From the NCBI GenBank assembly GCA_037441385.1, contig JBBISH010000029.1:1-54304 (forward strand): a stretch of DNA of 54,304 nucleotides, written 5' to 3'. This document shows, one piece after another, positions 9,601 to 17,874 of this stretch. Both the position numbers and the translations under genes were made by a program. Source of the stretch: Myxococcales bacterium. Lineage in GTDB: Bacteria; Myxococcota_A; UBA9042. A model generated the notes under the pieces. The model was not told where the DNA came from, searched no databases, and worked only from the letters and a program-made list of their open reading frames with translations. Numbering within the stretch: position 1 is the stretch's first letter; each line of letters starts with the position of its first letter.

Positions 9601-11202
9601 GGTTCTGGAGCGAGCACCAAGACGGTGGCTGCCACCCAGGCTGCGGCCAAGCGCATGGTCGCGGGGACCGCGCAGGCTTCGCGCCAGGCTCGGCAGGCGG
9701 CAACGCCGATCGCGTCGCTGGGGCTGCAAAACCCCACGCCGCGGGCGCTGCGGGCGATCCTGGAAGCGCTGGGCGAGTCCGTGCCGGGCGCCGCGAGCGA
9801 TGTGGCCACCGCGTTTGCCGCCAAATGGCTGGGCCGGGCCGACGTGGCGCGGCAGGTCCTGGCGCGGCAGGTGACGGCAAGCCAGACGCAGGCGGGTCTT
9901 GGCCGCGACGGTTCGGTGGGCGATCTGCTGAACACGGCGGACATGGCCGATGGCGCGGCCGAGTTCGGCCCGACCGGCGGGCGACGTACGACCCGCACTG
10001 CGGCCAGCAAGCTGGGTACGGCTGCGGCTCCGGCCGTGACGGATCTGCTGGCCCGCAAGTCCAGCGATCCAGTGACGGTCGCGGCGGATGGCGACGGCGT
10101 GGTTCTGACCGGGCTGGCGGCGCTCGCGGCGCTCAGCAGCGGCGATTTGTTCGGTGCCAAGCCGGGAACGCGGACCATGCGCGCCCCCGAGGCGGAGCAG
10201 ACCTTGCTCGAACCCGCTCCGGACGCAGCGCCTGCAGCGGAATTGGTCAGCGAGGCTCCCGCGGCTGCGGCCGTCAAGTCGGCAGTTCCGGCGTCCAAGC
10301 CGGCGGCCGAGTCGCGCAAGCTGGCGGCTGTCAAGGTCCATGAATTTGCTCCGGTTGGCCTGGGCCGCGGTCGCAACTTGCTGGGTCAGCAGCGCCGGGC
10401 GGCGTGGCTGTCGCGCAGCACGCGCGGCTTGCACACCACGCCAAAGGGCAACGTGCACGCCACCATCCAGAGCCTGTCGCGCATGGCGGCGCTCCGCGGC
10501 GAGCGGCGCTTCGGCTACGGCGCGGCGGAGTTGGGCGGCGGCGAGCTGCTTGGGCTCACGGGCGCGATGGCCGGCGAAGGCGATGCGTTCTTTGGCGAGA
10601 TGGCGCCGACCACGGGCGCGGCGCGCGGCGCGGATCGGCTGAGCCAGTCGGTGCTGGCGCGTCGGCACGGCTCGGCAGCGGCACCGCAGGCCCAGCGGGC
10701 CATGCATGTGCCTGACTTTGAAGGTGCGCCGGTCATCCCGACCAACTTCTCGGCCGGCGACGCGGGGGCGACGGTGCACTCGATGGCCGACGCGGTGGCG
10801 GCTTCGGGACGGCGCGGTGGCGCGACAGCGGCGGGCCAGGGCGCCCAGGCTGCGGCGATGACCCGCGTCCTGTCGGTGACCTCGAGCCCAGGCGGCAACG
10901 TGCTGCCATTGGTGGCTCCGGCGGCCCAAGCGGTGGTCGCGGCGGCGGCAGCCAAGCCGTTGTCCGAATCGATCGTGACCAGTGGCGCGGATCCGTCGCT
11001 TGGCGTGCCGATCGTCGGTGTGGGTGACCACAAGGCCGGCAAGGCAAGCAGCGGCGGCGAAGGCGGCGGCCAGAAGGCCCGCGACGGTGCGGACGAACAC
11101 GCTGCCAATGTTCAGGATATCGAGGCCTTGGCGATGAAGATCGCGCGGGCAGTGATGGTGCGGATCAAGCGCGAGCGTGAGCGAAGGGGGCTCCATGTCT
11201 AA
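6613..11202 (+). CDS. 1529-aa Ala-rich CIS protein, putative tape-measure protein
   Basis: GGAGG SD with GTG start. Lies between the tube and LysM initiator genes. C-terminal helix 'DIEALAMKIARAVMVRIKRERERRG' resembles the ends of long low-complexity proteins at this position in eCIS loci. Stop overlaps the next gene. Confidence 0.6.
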   Translation: MAENTQDLANQSSTGTADVLTLHHAIVARWGNERSLSQRTASAFDASSGRHSDWIGGLHGLASLGGSFGPQAWNIASELATAPQLLQRLSPAMRALQVGELADLVQIILEEEENSAELADLEEQVSATAAARANSAKAGAQAGKSRHAAKVANAQASRSPAPKKAGATKKSAAVQGKLRELRRLLTQLRSGADAAASGASMPQQAGDVGPLSPNATIAHAAESAVRVQTASADQARQPIAQAWRDVPAGGALAAMLARSTAVQAAGGALPPSGSAANTPSQRAMALNPWAAVAQVQAELPSRALRMAEAAADMGFVNLAPEAGDAPAFDAASAGAVSAAPSSAAIAGVAPAARPTAQNARTAQANAQPQATQQVRAAQQAAAPAQSTQAGARAAQPTAAARVAGPVAALAPTTRRSGQGSALANFAAAQRQWLGLAPATLSATAPALREAAAAVAQSPVAGALSATVTLSATDTRPNTDTRPNTDTRPNTDTRSNTDKGRVRGRAAKGVQTNDLVQGVAGPALAAGTMADVAAAGQSSLPLASPALPAPLAGQQPASGRATVALQGMVSLAHQTWLRGERAASLALRAHAAGQTVPSQLAAASEPASAWMRWADAAVQAYSGAALAGSPVGTAVRESALAGTSPDRSMLELAAEAEAAADASDFALRSDTGRAALGGATPARAASALPAWLAPRAALQGLRQAQATAAPAQSRAAVAAPAAVATVKSAPALRNVTAALGEPAAGPVGVFAEQAGTSPATFSPRAATAELATLRTRMGLPGLIGAVADGVGARVAGRSGMPSGTADLGWSKLAAPTAASGQVVREAPGEWLDTSAEALEAAAVAAESAAQNGATRRLAQGQTAAGPAIAAAKAGQAARTVAAAASVGAVKAVGMGQTPAIAAAARAIDFLRGRMQSQIAPAQVGHGVVDQVAGLGDQGLLAVRPMGRADALSQWLRPAAERQAQADRGETAGELLGLVDETATDDAGSQAGASHTAAGSGASTKTVAATQAAAKRMVAGTAQASRQARQAATPIASLGLQNPTPRALRAILEALGESVPGAASDVATAFAAKWLGRADVARQVLARQVTASQTQAGLGRDGSVGDLLNTADMADGAAEFGPTGGRRTTRTAASKLGTAAAPAVTDLLARKSSDPVTVAADGDGVVLTGLAALAALSSGDLFGAKPGTRTMRAPEAEQTLLEPAPDAAPAAELVSEAPAAAAVKSAVPASKPAAESRKLAAVKVHEFAPVGLGRGRNLLGQQRRAAWLSRSTRGLHTTPKGNVHATIQSLSRMAALRGERRFGYGAAELGGGELLGLTGAMAGEGDAFFGEMAPTTGAARGADRLSQSVLARRHGSAAAPQAQRAMHVPDFEGAPVIPTNFSAGDAGATVHSMADAVAASGRRGGATAAGQGAQAAAMTRVLSVTSSPGGNVLPLVAPAAQAVVAAAAAKPLSESIVTSGADPSLGVPIVGVGDHKAGKASSGGEGGGQKARDGADEHAANVQDIEALAMKIARAVMVRIKRERERRGLHV
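7999..8103 (+). repeat. In-frame 18-bp tandem repeats (VNTR) inside the tape-measure-like gene
   Basis: ACAGACACTCGCCCCAAC x3 plus one variant copy (8026-8097, TDTRPN/TDTRSN), preceded by CTCTCCGCTACA repeated at an 18-bp period (7999, 8017). Confidence 0.95.
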
Positions 11203-11872
11203 CTTCACGATGGCCCGGATCGGGATCTACGGTGACGACGCCAAAAAAGGCAAGTTCTCCGCAGAGTTTCACGAGTTCATGTTCAACCCCGAGGCCGTGC
11301 GCGTCACCAAGTCGATGACGCCCAAGCAAGGCCGTTCGGCGAGCTCGAGTGCGCCCAAGCACCAGTTCACGTCGGGCAACCCGGCGCAGCTGGAATTCGG
11401 CGAGCTGTTGTTCGACGAGTTCGATGCGCGGGCCAACGTCTACGTCAAGCACGTCGCGTGGTTCGAGCAACTGCTCAAGGCCGACGAGAACCTGCACCGT
11501 CCGCCGCGGGTGGTGTTCATGTGGGGTCCGGGTTGGGCGGCCGAGGCCAGCCCCAACAAGGTCAACACGGGCATCTGGTTCGTCACCGGGCTGGATGTCA
11601 ACTACACCATGTTCTTGCCCGACGGCACGCCGGTGCGCTGCACTTGCAAGCTGACCCTGGCCGAGGAGCCGCCAGAGGGAGGCGAGACCAAGAACAGCCC
11701 CGACACGGCGCACGTGCACATGGTCGGCCGCGGCGACACGCTGCAGGCGATCTCGGCCTCGGAGTACGACGACCCGGCGGAGTGGCGGCGCATCGCCCAG
11801 GCCAATGGCATCGACGACCCCATCCACCTCAAGCCCGGTCAGCGTTTGCTGATTCCGCCCATCCTGCGCTGA
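11195..11872 (+). CDS. CIS tube initiator with C-terminal LysM domain (Afp7-like)
   Basis: 'FMFNPE', 'HRPPRVVFMWG', 'YTMFLPDGTPVRCTCKLTL.E', then LysM 'HMVGRGDTLQAISASEYDDPAEWRRIAQANGIDDP..LKPGQRLLIP'. Confidence 0.9.
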   Translation: MSNFTMARIGIYGDDAKKGKFSAEFHEFMFNPEAVRVTKSMTPKQGRSASSSAPKHQFTSGNPAQLEFGELLFDEFDARANVYVKHVAWFEQLLKADENLHRPPRVVFMWGPGWAAEASPNKVNTGIWFVTGLDVNYTMFLPDGTPVRCTCKLTLAEEPPEGGETKNSPDTAHVHMVGRGDTLQAISASEYDDPAEWRRIAQANGIDDPIHLKPGQRLLIPPILR

Positions 11873-11941
11873 TTTGTTCGCGTCCGTTTCGAACCAGACG
11901 AGTCGGAACCAAGCGAGTCCCAACTGAGCGAGGGAAGTGTC

Positions 11942-13099
11942 ATGGACAAGAACGTTGCAAGCCTGACCGTAAAACTTGCAGGCAGCACGTCGATCAAGAC
12001 CGACGCGGGGCCGAATCTGGAAACCCGTGCCGGCGAAGGCATCGTGTCGGTGTCCGTCGACCTGCGTCTGGATCAGCCCGACATGTTCACGGTCGAGTAC
12101 GACATGATGAAGCTGGAAAAGCTGAATCTGATCGACTCGTTCAAGCCGGGCGCCGAGGTCGAGATCGGCATCGGTCTGGACAAGCAAGAGACGTTGCTGT
12201 TTGGCGAAATCAGCTACATCGAGCCCAGCTTTGACGTGGAACAGGGCTATCACACCACGATTTCGGGCTACCACAAGGTGCACCGCCTGACGCGCGGCCA
12301 GCGCAGCAAGACCTGGGGCGACGGCCTGAAGCCGGAAGTGTCGCCGACGACGCCGATCAAGGACGTCATCAACAACTCCAAGGCGAATCAGGGCGGCACC
12401 ACCAGCGACAAGATGAGCGCCGGTGACGTGGGCTCGACGGACGTCAAGCATCACTATGTGCCGCAGCTCAACGTCTCGGACTTCGAATTCCTGCAGGCCG
12501 TTGGCGCCAGCTTGGAGATGAAGGCCGGCGACGACGGCGCGACCAAAGTCACGTTCCGCAAGCCCGATCCCAGCAGCGCGCCGGTCATGAAGATCGCCCG
12601 CGAGCGTTCGGGCCAGGGCGGACAGAGCGAGGCGGGATCGTTCCTGCACCTGAACTTCCGCCTGTCGATTGTGCAGCAGTACGCGGCCGTGGAAGTCCGC
12701 AGCTGGGACTTTGTCACCAAGAAGAACATCGTCGCCAAGGTCACCTCGTCCAAGTACAACTTCGACGGGACCAAGGGCCACAGCGACACCGGCACCGGCC
12801 TGTGGGGCGGCGGTTCGACGGGCCGCAAGTTCGTGGTAGTCGACCAACCCGTCAACACCAAGGCAGAAGCCGAGGCGCTGGCGCAGTCGCTCTTTGACCA
12901 GTTCTCGATGGACTTCTTGACCGGCGAAGTGGTGCTGGACGGCAACCCCAAGTGCATCCCCGGCAAGACCATCGAATTCGAGGGCTTTGGCAAGGCGTTC
13001 AGCGGCAAGTACTTGATCACGTCCGCGACGCACACCTATCGCCCGGACGAAGGCTACCGCACCTCGGTCTCGTTCTCGCGCAACGCCAAGGGCGCCTGA
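11942..13099 (+). CDS. Baseplate hub (gp27/phage late control D; N-terminal half of VgrG/Afp8), no spike domain
   Basis: 'LLFGEISYIEPSF', 'HRLTRGQRSKTW', 'Q.NVSDFEFL', 'VEVRSWD', 'GNP...PGKTIEFEGFGKAFSGKYLITSATHTY...GYRT'. Ends at 385 aa with no gp5 OB-fold. Confidence 0.85.
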   Translation: MDKNVASLTVKLAGSTSIKTDAGPNLETRAGEGIVSVSVDLRLDQPDMFTVEYDMMKLEKLNLIDSFKPGAEVEIGIGLDKQETLLFGEISYIEPSFDVEQGYHTTISGYHKVHRLTRGQRSKTWGDGLKPEVSPTTPIKDVINNSKANQGGTTSDKMSAGDVGSTDVKHHYVPQLNVSDFEFLQAVGASLEMKAGDDGATKVTFRKPDPSSAPVMKIARERSGQGGQSEAGSFLHLNFRLSIVQQYAAVEVRSWDFVTKKNIVAKVTSSKYNFDGTKGHSDTGTGLWGGGSTGRKFVVVDQPVNTKAEAEALAQSLFDQFSMDFLTGEVVLDGNPKCIPGKTIEFEGFGKAFSGKYLITSATHTYRPDEGYRTSVSFSRNAKGA

Positions 13100-13294
13100 T
13101 CGCCCGCCCGCCTGGGGCCAATCCGCTGAATTTTCGCCACGTCGCGCAATAGGGGCCAGAGCCGATCGCGCCGATGGCCCATGTGCAGCGGTATGCGCGG
13201 CGGCTGTCTGCCCGCGATCCATCGAAATTACAAGTCATTTCTTGTCCCCACCGCAGGCGCCGCCGACGATTTTCGCCGACCGCCGCCGGTGCCG

Positions 13295-13322
13295 TTGACA
13301 GCATGGGTCCCGTCGCTACGAT
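13295..13322 (+). promoter_or_regulatory. Putative sigma-70-type promoter ahead of the baseplate wedge genes
   Basis: TTGACA (13295-13300), 16-nt spacer, TACGAT (13317-13322), in the 277-bp gap before gp25. Confidence 0.55.
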
Positions 13323-13376
13323 GGTCGGGCGTTTCGTCTGCCCAGGCTATCAGTGCGCCCGACGCAGGGGATGGGA

Positions 13377-13778
13377 ATGGTCAAGAACTTTCTCGGTCAC
13401 GGTCTAAAGTTCCCGTTGCAGGTCAACGCGGTCGGCGGATTGGCCATGTCCGAGGGGGCCGACAACATCGAAGAGGCGGTGCGCCTGATCGTCGGGACGG
13501 CGGTGGGCGAGCGCGTGATGCGCCCCCTGTTCGGCTGCCGGATCCACGACTACGCCTTCCACCCCAACTCCACGGCGACAGCCGGCATGGTGGCGTTCTA
13601 CGTTGCCGAAGCGCTGAACAAGTGGGAGCCGCGCATCACCGATGTGCGTGTTTCGGCTAACCCAAGTGATATCAACGAGTCGCTGATGAACGTGTCGATC
13701 CGGTACAAGATCCGCTCGACCAACGTCGATCGCAACTTCGTGTATCCCTTCTACCTGAGGCGGGAGCAGGATCTATGA
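13377..13778 (+). CDS. GPW/gp25 family baseplate protein (Afp9-like)
   Basis: 'FLGHGLKFP', 'I.EAVRLIVGTAVGERVMRPLFGC', 'ALNKWEPRI', 'NFVYPFYL'. Alternative ATG at 13371. Confidence 0.92.
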   Translation: MVKNFLGHGLKFPLQVNAVGGLAMSEGADNIEEAVRLIVGTAVGERVMRPLFGCRIHDYAFHPNSTATAGMVAFYVAEALNKWEPRITDVRVSANPSDINESLMNVSIRYKIRSTNVDRNFVYPFYLRREQDL

Positions 13779-16700
13779 TCCCAAGTCCGAATCTTGACGA
13801 TCGCACGTTCGAGGACATCGTCCAAGAAGCGATCCGACTCATCCCGCAGTACTGCCCGGAGTGGACCAACCACAACCGGTCGGATCCCGGCATCACCCTG
13901 GTCGAGCTGTTCGCCTGGATGACCGAGATGACGCTTTACCGGCTCAACCGCGTGCCGGAGAAGAACTTCTTGGCCTTCTTGGAGCTGATGGGCATCACCC
14001 TGGCTCCGCCGCAGCCGGCGCGAACCGTGTTGAAATTTGGGCTGAACCCCAAGGCCGACATGGTGGTGGTGCCGCGTGGCGCGCGGGTGGGCACCAAGCC
14101 CGGGCCCGACGGCACGGCGATCGGCTTCGAGACCGAGAACGACCTGTGCGTGACCAACGCGGCGCTGGCGATGTGCATGAGCCAGTACCACGAAACCTTT
14201 AGCGATTACACCGGACTGCTGGGCCGCAAGCGCGAAGGCGTGGAGCTGTGGTCGGGCGTGCGCAGCGTAGAACGCTACTTGTTCCTGGGCGACAAGCGCC
14301 TCAAGGCGTTCAACGAGACGTCGATTCTGACGATTCGCACCACTGCGCCGGGCTCGACGCCCACGCCGCTGTGCAAGCAGCTGGAGTGGGAGTACTTTGA
14401 CGGCGAGCGGTGGCGCGCCCTGGCCAGCCCGCCGCTCGAGACGGAGGCCGACCAGGTGTCGCTCATCGGGCCGCCCGCGCTGGCCGAGTCGGTGGTGGGC
14501 GAGTTCCAGGGCCTGTTCCTGCGCGGCAAGCTCATTGAAGTGCCCAGTCAGCCTAGCGATACCTTGCTGGACACGGTGTCGATGCGCCTGGAGGTCATCG
14601 GCGAGGGCGAGCCCCCGGATCTGGCGTACTCGGATCGCTCGGGCGGCATGTTCCAAAAGCTGGAAGTCGACCGGCTGATGCTGCCGTTTGGCAACGAACC
14701 CGTCGTGGATTCGGCCCTGTACGTGGCCTGCGCCCGGGTGCTCGACCACCCCGACGCCGACGTGCGCATCGACTTCGAGCTGGCCGACCCGTCGGTGGTG
14801 CCGGCGCCGCAGGGTTCGGGCGATCTGGTGCTGGTGTGGGAGTACTTCAACGGCAAGCGTTGGCGTCTGATTGGCCGCAACGGAGTGGGCGACTTTGATG
14901 TCGAGGATCCGGGCTTCAGCTTCAAGGACGATACCAGCTGCCTGACCGTCTCGGGCGCCGTGTCGTTCAAGCGGCCCAAGGACATCAAGCCTTGCGAAAT
15001 CAACGGCAAAGAGGCCGTGTGGGTGCGCGCCCGCATCGAGCGCGGCGATTTCGGCGTCCAGGGCACCTACGAGCTGGAGAACGACCGCTGGGTGTGGAAA
15101 GACAGCCGGCCGCTGCGTCCGCCGACGCTCAAGGGCCTGGCCCTGCGCTTTGTGGAGCAGGAGCACGAGTTCGAGCGCGTCATCGCCTACAACGACTTCC
15201 TGTTCAGCGACTATTCGGCGCTGGCGGTGCCCAGCGAGTCGGGCAAGCCGTTCCAGCCGTTCCAGCCGATCGCTGAGGAAAGCCCAACACTGTACCTGGG
15301 TTTCAAGCTGGCCACCTACGACGGCAACGCACCGCCCGGACCGCAGCCCTTCCCCAACGAGCGGATCCAGCTGTATTTTGAGCTGAGCGAGAGCGACGGC
15401 CCGGGGCGCCGTCTGCGCGCGGGCGCCGGTCAGACCAGTCGGCAGCTGGCGCAGGTCCACGCCGAGCAGGTCATCAACTGGGAGTACTGGAACGGCAAGG
15501 ACTGGATCTCGCTGATTACCCGCGACCAGACCTATGGTTTTACCCAGTCGGGCTTCATCGAATTCGTGGGCCCGAACGATCACCGCTCGCACAAGCGCTT
15601 TGGCGTGCCGCTGTACTGGGTTCGCGCTCGTTTGGAATTCGGTGGTTACGACGAGCCGCCGCTGCTGCGCAACATCCTGCTCAACGCCTGCTACGCGACC
15701 AACGTCACCAGCTACAACGAGGAGGTGATGGGCAGTTCGCGCGGCACGCCCAACCAGAGCTTCAAGTTCGTGCGCGGCCCCGTGCTGCCCGGCCAAGAGA
15801 TCTGGGTGCGCGAGCGCGAACGGCCGCCCACGCCGGATCTGGTCGAGCTCGAACGCGAATTCGGCGATCGCTTCTTGGAAGACAGCCCCGAGGGCGGCGT
15901 GATGGTGCGCTGGATCGAGATCGACAGCTTGTACGAAAGCAAGCCCGGCTCGCGCCACTACGTCAAAGACATCGTCACCGGCGAAGTCAAGTTCGGCGAC
16001 GGCATCCACGGCCTGATCCCGCCCAAGGGCGACCGCAACGTCGTGTGCAAGCGCTATCAGGTGGGCGACGGTGAGCGGGGCAACGTGCCGCCGGACTCGG
16101 TGTCGGTGCTGCTGCAGAACGTGCCGTACGTCGACTCGGTGCGCAATGTGTTTGCCGCGTCGGGTGGTTGCGACCTAGAGACCATCGAAGAGGCCAAGCG
16201 CCGCGGGCCACACAGCCTCAAGGCCAAAGGCCGCGCGGTGACGGCGGAAGACTTCGAGTGGTTGGCGATCGAAGCGTCCAATTCGGTGGCGCGCGTCTGC
16301 ACGCTGCCGACCTACGACCGCGAAGGCGAAGTGACGGTAGTGATCGTGCCCAAAGTGGCCGAAAACCATCCGGACTTCTTGGACAAGCCGATCCCGTCGA
16401 CCGAGCTGCTGCGCAAAGTGCGCAACCACCTGGCCGATCGCAAGCTGATCTCGACGATCCTGAACGTGCAGCGCCCCACTTTCCGCGAGATGTCGGCCCA
16501 GGTCGAGATCGTCGTGCTGCAGGCGGCCGGTTCGGACCGGGTCAAGCGCGAGATCGAGCGGCGGATCCGCATGTTCCTGCACCCGCTCAAGGGCGGCAAA
16601 GACGGCAAGGGCTGGCCGTTCGGCCGGCCAGTCTACCGCGTGGACCTGTACCACGTCATCGAAGACGTGCCGGGCGTGGACTTTGTCGACCGCGTGCGCC

Positions 16701-16813
16701 TCATCGACGAGACCAGCAAGCTCGAAGTCGACCAGTTCAAGGTCGGCGCGGGCGAGCTGGTCCACGTGGTGCGCGTGGAAGTGATCGAAAAGGCGCACGA
16801 ACGCATCGTGTAA
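13775..16813 (+). CDS. Baseplate J-like wedge protein (gp6/Afp11-like), 1012 aa
   Basis: 'PNLDDRTFEDIV...IPQYCPEWTNHN.SDPGITLVELFAW', 'GSSRGTPNQSF', 'VKFGDGIHGLIPP', 'GG.D.ET.EEAKRR', 'RAVTAEDFE', 'FLHPLKGG.DGKGWPFGR'. ATGA overlap with gp25. Confidence 0.93.
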   Translation: MIPSPNLDDRTFEDIVQEAIRLIPQYCPEWTNHNRSDPGITLVELFAWMTEMTLYRLNRVPEKNFLAFLELMGITLAPPQPARTVLKFGLNPKADMVVVPRGARVGTKPGPDGTAIGFETENDLCVTNAALAMCMSQYHETFSDYTGLLGRKREGVELWSGVRSVERYLFLGDKRLKAFNETSILTIRTTAPGSTPTPLCKQLEWEYFDGERWRALASPPLETEADQVSLIGPPALAESVVGEFQGLFLRGKLIEVPSQPSDTLLDTVSMRLEVIGEGEPPDLAYSDRSGGMFQKLEVDRLMLPFGNEPVVDSALYVACARVLDHPDADVRIDFELADPSVVPAPQGSGDLVLVWEYFNGKRWRLIGRNGVGDFDVEDPGFSFKDDTSCLTVSGAVSFKRPKDIKPCEINGKEAVWVRARIERGDFGVQGTYELENDRWVWKDSRPLRPPTLKGLALRFVEQEHEFERVIAYNDFLFSDYSALAVPSESGKPFQPFQPIAEESPTLYLGFKLATYDGNAPPGPQPFPNERIQLYFELSESDGPGRRLRAGAGQTSRQLAQVHAEQVINWEYWNGKDWISLITRDQTYGFTQSGFIEFVGPNDHRSHKRFGVPLYWVRARLEFGGYDEPPLLRNILLNACYATNVTSYNEEVMGSSRGTPNQSFKFVRGPVLPGQEIWVRERERPPTPDLVELEREFGDRFLEDSPEGGVMVRWIEIDSLYESKPGSRHYVKDIVTGEVKFGDGIHGLIPPKGDRNVVCKRYQVGDGERGNVPPDSVSVLLQNVPYVDSVRNVFAASGGCDLETIEEAKRRGPHSLKAKGRAVTAEDFEWLAIEASNSVARVCTLPTYDREGEVTVVIVPKVAENHPDFLDKPIPSTELLRKVRNHLADRKLISTILNVQRPTFREMSAQVEIVVLQAAGSDRVKREIERRIRMFLHPLKGGKDGKGWPFGRPVYRVDLYHVIEDVPGVDFVDRVRLIDETSKLEVDQFKVGAGELVHVVRVEVIEKAHERIV

Positions 16814-16842
16814 TTCGCCACCCCTGTCGGAGCTGAGCCAAC

Positions 16843-17790
16843 ATGGCCGTTGCCAGTATCGGTGCCAGTACAACCAGCGGTGGCGGAATCCCTCCCGGCG
16901 GCGGACAGGGCGGCGGTGCGCGCGGTCCCCGACCCCTGGAGCGGCGCGTCAAGAAGGTCATCGTTCCCGAAGTGACCGGCCTGCTCTATCGCGACGCGAT
17001 CATCGTGCTGCAGCAAGCGGGGTTGCCCGCGCCGCTGGCCCGCTATACCGAGGCGTATGCCGACGAGAGCACCGTCGTCGAGCAGTACCCGATCCGCGGT
17101 CAGCTGGTCGACAGCACCACGCAAGTGTCCGTCTCGATTGCCAAGTCGAGCTGGATGGCCTTCTTGCCGCAAGTGTTCCAGGTCTCGGTCAACAACGAGA
17201 ACCAGTTCCTGCATGAATTCATGTGGGTGTTCCAGCAGTTGCACGAGCACATCGACCAGGTGCTGACGCGGATGCCCTGGCTGTTCCGCCCGCAAGAGAC
17301 CGATCCGGCCTTCTTGCCGTGGCTGGCCAGCTGGATTGCCCTGGGGCTCGAAGCCGATTGGCCGGTGGAGCAGCAGCGCAAGTGGCTCCGCTGTGCGCCC
17401 GCGCTCTACAGCATCCGTGGCACCAAGCAAGCGCTTGAAAGTCTGCTGGAAATGTACACCGGGCTGCGACCGCGCCTCATCGAGAACGAGTGGCCCTTCG
17501 AGCCGATGCGCGTGGGCGTGTCCTCTGAAATTGGTGTGACGTCGGTGATTTTGCCGGCGATCAGCATGGCGCATTGTTTTGTGGTCGAGCTCCCGGTGCA
17601 GGCCGGAACGCTCACCGACGACCAGATCATCCGCATCCACCGGGTGATCCAGGCCGAAAAGCCAGCGCATACGATGTACTTCCTGACGTTCTCGAACCAG
17701 GCCAAGCTCGACGAAGAAGAGCACGGTCTGGTCATCGGCGAAGCCTTTGTCGAAGGCGAGTCCGACGTCGACTGGTCCGAAGAGCCGTAG
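16843..17790 (+). CDS. Phage tail protein I-like (gp7/P2 gpI) baseplate protein with N-terminal PASTA-like domain
   Basis: gpI-like 'FLPQVF', 'F.P.ETDPAFLPWLASWIAL', 'LYSIRGTKQALE', 'I.AEKPAHT'. Residues ~38-102 'VIVPEVTGLLYRDAIIVLQQAGL...TVVEQYPIRGQLV....VSVSIA' match the PASTA pattern. Confidence 0.85.
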   Translation: MAVASIGASTTSGGGIPPGGGQGGGARGPRPLERRVKKVIVPEVTGLLYRDAIIVLQQAGLPAPLARYTEAYADESTVVEQYPIRGQLVDSTTQVSVSIAKSSWMAFLPQVFQVSVNNENQFLHEFMWVFQQLHEHIDQVLTRMPWLFRPQETDPAFLPWLASWIALGLEADWPVEQQRKWLRCAPALYSIRGTKQALESLLEMYTGLRPRLIENEWPFEPMRVGVSSEIGVTSVILPAISMAHCFVVELPVQAGTLTDDQIIRIHRVIQAEKPAHTMYFLTFSNQAKLDEEEHGLVIGEAFVEGESDVDWSEEP

Positions 17791-17874
17791 ACGCGGCGCC
17801 GACACGATTTGACCGCCTGCCTGCGCGGGCGCCCTGGTCCGACTGCCCGCTGAACGCGGCACAATAGAGGCAAA

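Noticed and set aside
13100..13376. Hidden PAAR or spike ORF in the hub-gp25 gap
   Set aside because: The translated frames shown have no PAAR-like or gp5 features, and the gap is too short for a spike.
8473..16009. Long antisense ORFs (8473-11208, 11165-13222, 13751-16009; likewise 39260-42373, 43428-46307, 46335-50446)
   Set aside because: Shadow frames of real genes in high-GC DNA, with no recognisable motifs.
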